Shown piece after piece: positions 39,002-40,767 of a stretch of DNA of 40,767 nt (positions are counted from its first letter, which is position 1; each line of letters opens with the position of its first letter). Made by a program: the position numbers and the translations under genes. Source of the DNA: Phycisphaerales bacterium (GTDB lineage Bacteria > Planctomycetota > Phycisphaerae > Phycisphaerales > UBA1924); NCBI GenBank assembly GCA_052388255.1, contig JBQTIJ010000134.1, positions 1 through 40,767 of the forward strand. Reading direction: 5' to 3'. The notes beneath the pieces were generated by a model. The model saw only the letters and a list, made by a program, of their open reading frames with translations, was not told the origin of the DNA and ran no database searches.

Positions 39002-39462
39002 CTACCGCTTCCGCCACTCCACGTGCCGGAGGTCATAGCCAAAGTACTCAAGCAGGACTCGCGGAATGTCCCGGGGCGTTATCCCCTTCACTTCCTCGAA
39101 TGCACCGTTGGAGTGGATCTCGAGGCTTTCACCGCGAAGGAACACAAACTGGTTCTGCACCACGCATGAGAACCGCAGGTCCTTACTGAAGGGGTAAACG
39201 ACTCCGGAGGTGAAGCGCGTGGCGATCGAAGCCAGAACTGTCTCCTCGGGCTGGGCGTGAACGTCCAATTCGAGTTGTCGCGACTCGCGACCATGGCGTT
39301 CACAGAACACAGACATCCGCGCCCCCCTGACTTCAGTGCGGAAGCCGATCCCGAAGCACCGGAAAGTGATCTCCCGATCCGCCGGGTAGAGCTTCAGCGC
39401 TGGCCATCCGTTACCGACGTCGGCAAAGTACACCCGCCCATCCACATTTACACGAGCGAGGC
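39002..39462 (-). pseudogene. 3' part of an arylamine N-acetyltransferase-like gene, interrupted by IS insertion
   Basis: The frame is open from the IS junction (39462) to the stop at 39002. VNVDGRVYFADVGNGWP resembles the NAT ...DG..YL.DVGFG... segment that carries the catalytic Asp. About 110 N-terminal residues, including the Cys and His of the triad, are missing and would lie beyond the IS and the window end. GC is lower and A/T-ending codons are used. Confidence 0.45.
39459..39462. repeat. Target-site duplication AGGC (left copy)
   Basis: AGGC immediately precedes the IS end at 39463, and the same tetranucleotide follows the other end at 40764-40767. Confidence 0.7.
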
Positions 39463-39502
39463 TGACCTGCCCCCATTCTCTGTACCAGGTCCTATGAGAG
39501 TC
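39463..39502. repeat. IS terminal inverted repeat (orfB-proximal end)
   Basis: TGACCTGCCCCCATTCTCTGTACCAGGTCCTATGAGAGTC pairs with the reverse complement of 40724-40763. Confidence 0.85.
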
Positions 39503-40379
39503 AGGTGCTGACGATAGGGACCGACGCTGGCCGGGCCGGAGGGAGGGGCGCAGCCCCGACCGCAGGCCCGGCCAGCGTCGCCGCGAACACCGCCGGGGGC
39601 AGGTACCCCAGCGATGAGTGCGGCCGCCGATGGTTGTACTCCTCACGCCACCGCCGCGCGTGCCACTGCGCATCACGCACGTCCGCGAAGACCTCCGCGT
39701 TCAAGAGTTCATCCCGTAGCCGACTGTGGAAGCTCTCCGCGTACCCGTTCTCCCACGGCGCCCCCGGCGCGATGTACAGGCTCTCCACGCCCGTCAGGTT
39801 TGCCAGCCGCCGGATCGTCTTCGCGATGAACTCCGGCCCGTTGTCGCTGCGGATGTGCTTCGGCACGCCGCGCACCGTAAACAGGTCGATCAGCACTTCC
39901 GCCACGCCCCGCGCCGTCATCGACCGCGCCGCTGCCAGCGCCACGCACTCGCGCGTGTACTCGTCCACCACGCTCAGCCACTTCAACGGTCGCCCTCGCT
40001 CATCGGTGTCGTGGATGAAGTCCACCGCCCACACGTGGTCCTTGTGCTCGGCGCGGCGACGCACGATCCCGTTCGCACTGTGGCCCAGGCGTGTCCGCTT
40101 GTGCTGCTTGCAGGGCACTTTCAGGCCCTCCTGACGCCACAGCCGGTAGACCCGCTTGCGGTTGATCCGACCCCCCGCCCACCCCTCCAGCCGCAGCATC
40201 CCGCAGATCATCCGGTACCCGCGCCGCGGGTGCGCACGCACCAGCTCGTGCATCCGACGCACGAGCGCCTCGTCGCCATCGCGAGGTGTGGGTCTGTACC
40301 GCTGCGTCGAGCGTGGCTGCTCCAGCACCCGGCACACACGACGCTCCGGCTGGTGCAGTTGCGTTTGCACGTGCTTCAC
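39501..40379 (-). CDS. IS3-family transposase OrfB (DDE/rve integrase core), expressed as an OrfAB fusion by -1 frameshift
   Basis: WAVDFIHD (D), HIRSDNGPEF (D) and PWENGYAESFHSRLRDE (E) form the DDE triad context. The frame is -1 relative to orfA and open from the slippery site at 40409-40415. The stop at 39501-39503 lies inside the terminal inverted repeat. Confidence 0.88.
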   Translation of the reverse strand: MKHVQTQLHQPERRVCRVLEQPRSTQRYRPTPRDGDEALVRRMHELVRAHPRRGYRMICGMLRLEGWAGGRINRKRVYRLWRQEGLKVPCKQHKRTRLGHSANGIVRRRAEHKDHVWAVDFIHDTDERGRPLKWLSVVDEYTRECVALAAARSMTARGVAEVLIDLFTVRGVPKHIRSDNGPEFIAKTIRRLANLTGVESLYIAPGAPWENGYAESFHSRLRDELLNAEVFADVRDAQWHARRWREEYNHRRPHSSLGYLPPAVFAATLAGPAVGAAPLPPARPASVPIVST

Positions 40380-40687
40380 GACGCCCCTCCTGCGCGAGGG
40401 GCTCGCGACTTTCCCAGGTAGTCGTTCGCCTCCTTCAGGATCGAGATGTCCACCGCCTGGTCCGCCACCAGACGCTTCAAACGCGCGTTCTCGATCTCCA
40501 GGTCCTTCAGCCGACGCGCCTCGCCCTGCTTCATCCCCCCGTACTGGCCCCGCCAGCGCGCGTACGTCGCCTCGCTCACGCCCAGCGCCTGCACCACCTG
40601 CGCCGGGCTCCGCCCCGCCGCGAGCATCGCGTCCGCCTCGCGCAGCTTCGTCACAATCTGTTCCGCTGAATGTCTCGTCCGCTTCAT
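40376..40687 (-). CDS. IS3-family transposase OrfA (HTH DNA-binding, leucine-zipper C-terminus)
   Basis: MKRTRHSAEQIVTKLREADAMLAAGRSPAQVVQALGVSEATYARWRGQYGGM...LKDLEIENARLKRLVAD is the typical IS3 OrfA. The ATG at 40687 is preceded by AGGAG at about 9 nt. An upstream in-frame ATG at 40732 lies inside the terminal repeat. Confidence 0.88.
   Translation of the reverse strand: MKRTRHSAEQIVTKLREADAMLAAGRSPAQVVQALGVSEATYARWRGQYGGMKQGEARRLKDLEIENARLKRLVADQAVDISILKEANDYLGKSRAPRAGGAS
40409..40415 (-). promoter_or_regulatory. Programmed -1 ribosomal frameshift heptamer G_GGA_AAG (orfA to orfB)
   Basis: On the minus strand, orfA reads CTG GGA AAG, which gives the X_XXY_YYZ heptamer GGGAAAG. The -1 frame from here (GGG AAA GTC GCG AGC CCC ...) is open into orfB. 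GC-rich stems follow 1 to 7 nt downstream. Confidence 0.7.
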
Positions 40688-40723
40688 CTTGAGAGTCTCC
40701 TGGACCCCGCCGGGGTCCGTTGG

Positions 40724-40763
40724 GACTCTCATAGGCCTGGATCAGGTTCTGGGGGGCAGGTCA
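40724..40763. repeat. IS terminal inverted repeat (orfA-proximal end)
   Basis: The reverse complement reads TGACCTGCCCCCCAGAACCTGATCCAGGCCTATGAGAGTC. The first 12 and last 12 nt are identical to 39463-39502. Confidence 0.85.
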
Positions 40764-40767
40764 AGGC
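40764..40767. repeat. Target-site duplication AGGC (right copy; last 4 nt of window)
   Basis: AGGC immediately follows the IS end at 40763. Confidence 0.7.

Larger units (their letters stand above)
39463..40763 (-). mobile_element. Complete IS3-family insertion sequence (1301 bp; IS407-like termini)
   Basis: The terminal inverted repeats are 40 bp. The outer 12 bp (TGACCTGCCCCC) and inner 12 bp (CCTATGAGAGTC) are identical, and the middle is imperfect. The element is flanked by the direct repeat AGGC and contains orfA (HTH) plus orfB (DDE) in the -1 frame. Confidence 0.9.

Noticed and set aside
37306-39051. A 581-aa minus-strand ORF
   Set aside because: It is antisense to the phosphohexomutase gene, has a Gly/Ala/Val/Asp-rich low-complexity translation, and shows no motifs.
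39463-39676. The upper part of the 224-aa minus-strand ORF 39002-39676, read as one gene
   Set aside because: The portion above 39462 lies inside the IS, antisense to or overlapping the orfB 3' end and the IR. The frame merely reads through the junction by chance. Only 39002-39462 is host gene sequence.
40688-40732. The longer orfA start at the ATG at 40732 (MRVPTDPGGVQETLK-MKRT...)
   Set aside because: That ATG lies within the terminal inverted repeat, and the extension runs through the leader hairpin. The ATG at 40687 has an AGGAG at suitable spacing and matches the usual IS3 OrfA N-terminus. The longer form is not strictly excluded.
39481-40744. First guess at the IS boundaries (TGTACCAGG... 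/ ...CCTGGATCA), giving a shorter element
   Set aside because: The inverted-repeat similarity continues outward to a perfect TGACCTGCCCCC at both ends (39463 and 40763), and only those boundaries are flanked by an identical direct repeat (AGGC). The inner boundaries have no matching target duplication.

Overview
This is a GC-rich (roughly two-thirds G+C by eye), gene-dense bacterial chromosomal window. Dockerin-tagged and DUF1570-like secreted proteins, a DapL-type aminotransferase, hpnCDE and RCPxCGYD...CPECG zinc-ribbon membrane proteins together suggest Planctomycetota or a relative, but that is inference. Most of the window is core metabolism and translation. It holds acpS, pdhB and E2 of a 2-oxoacid dehydrogenase, dapL, valS, argC, icd, the three-gene squalene pathway hpnC-hpnD-hpnE, rlmKL, rlmN, prfA, ileS and a phosphohexomutase. 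Interspersed are secreted or membrane proteins: a GH13 amylase with a C-terminal dockerin, an HExxH lipoprotein, an M28 peptidase, TPR and HEAT-like proteins, and a membrane SpoIIE/PP2C phosphatase. Both edges are visibly lower in GC and look accessory. The left edge is a 5'-truncated pentapeptide-repeat gene. The right edge is an arylamine-N-acetyltransferase-like gene split by a complete 1301-bp IS3-family element. That element has 40-bp terminal inverted repeats, a 4-bp AGGC target duplication, orfA/orfB, a G_GGA_AAG -1 frameshift heptamer and a leader hairpin over the orfA ribosome-binding site. I saw no rRNA, tRNA or CRISPR array, and no coherent multi-gene candidate for a novel system such as a defence system. 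The many very long ORFs antisense to real genes are high-GC shadow ORFs. All functional calls rest on motif recognition by eye, not on database searches.
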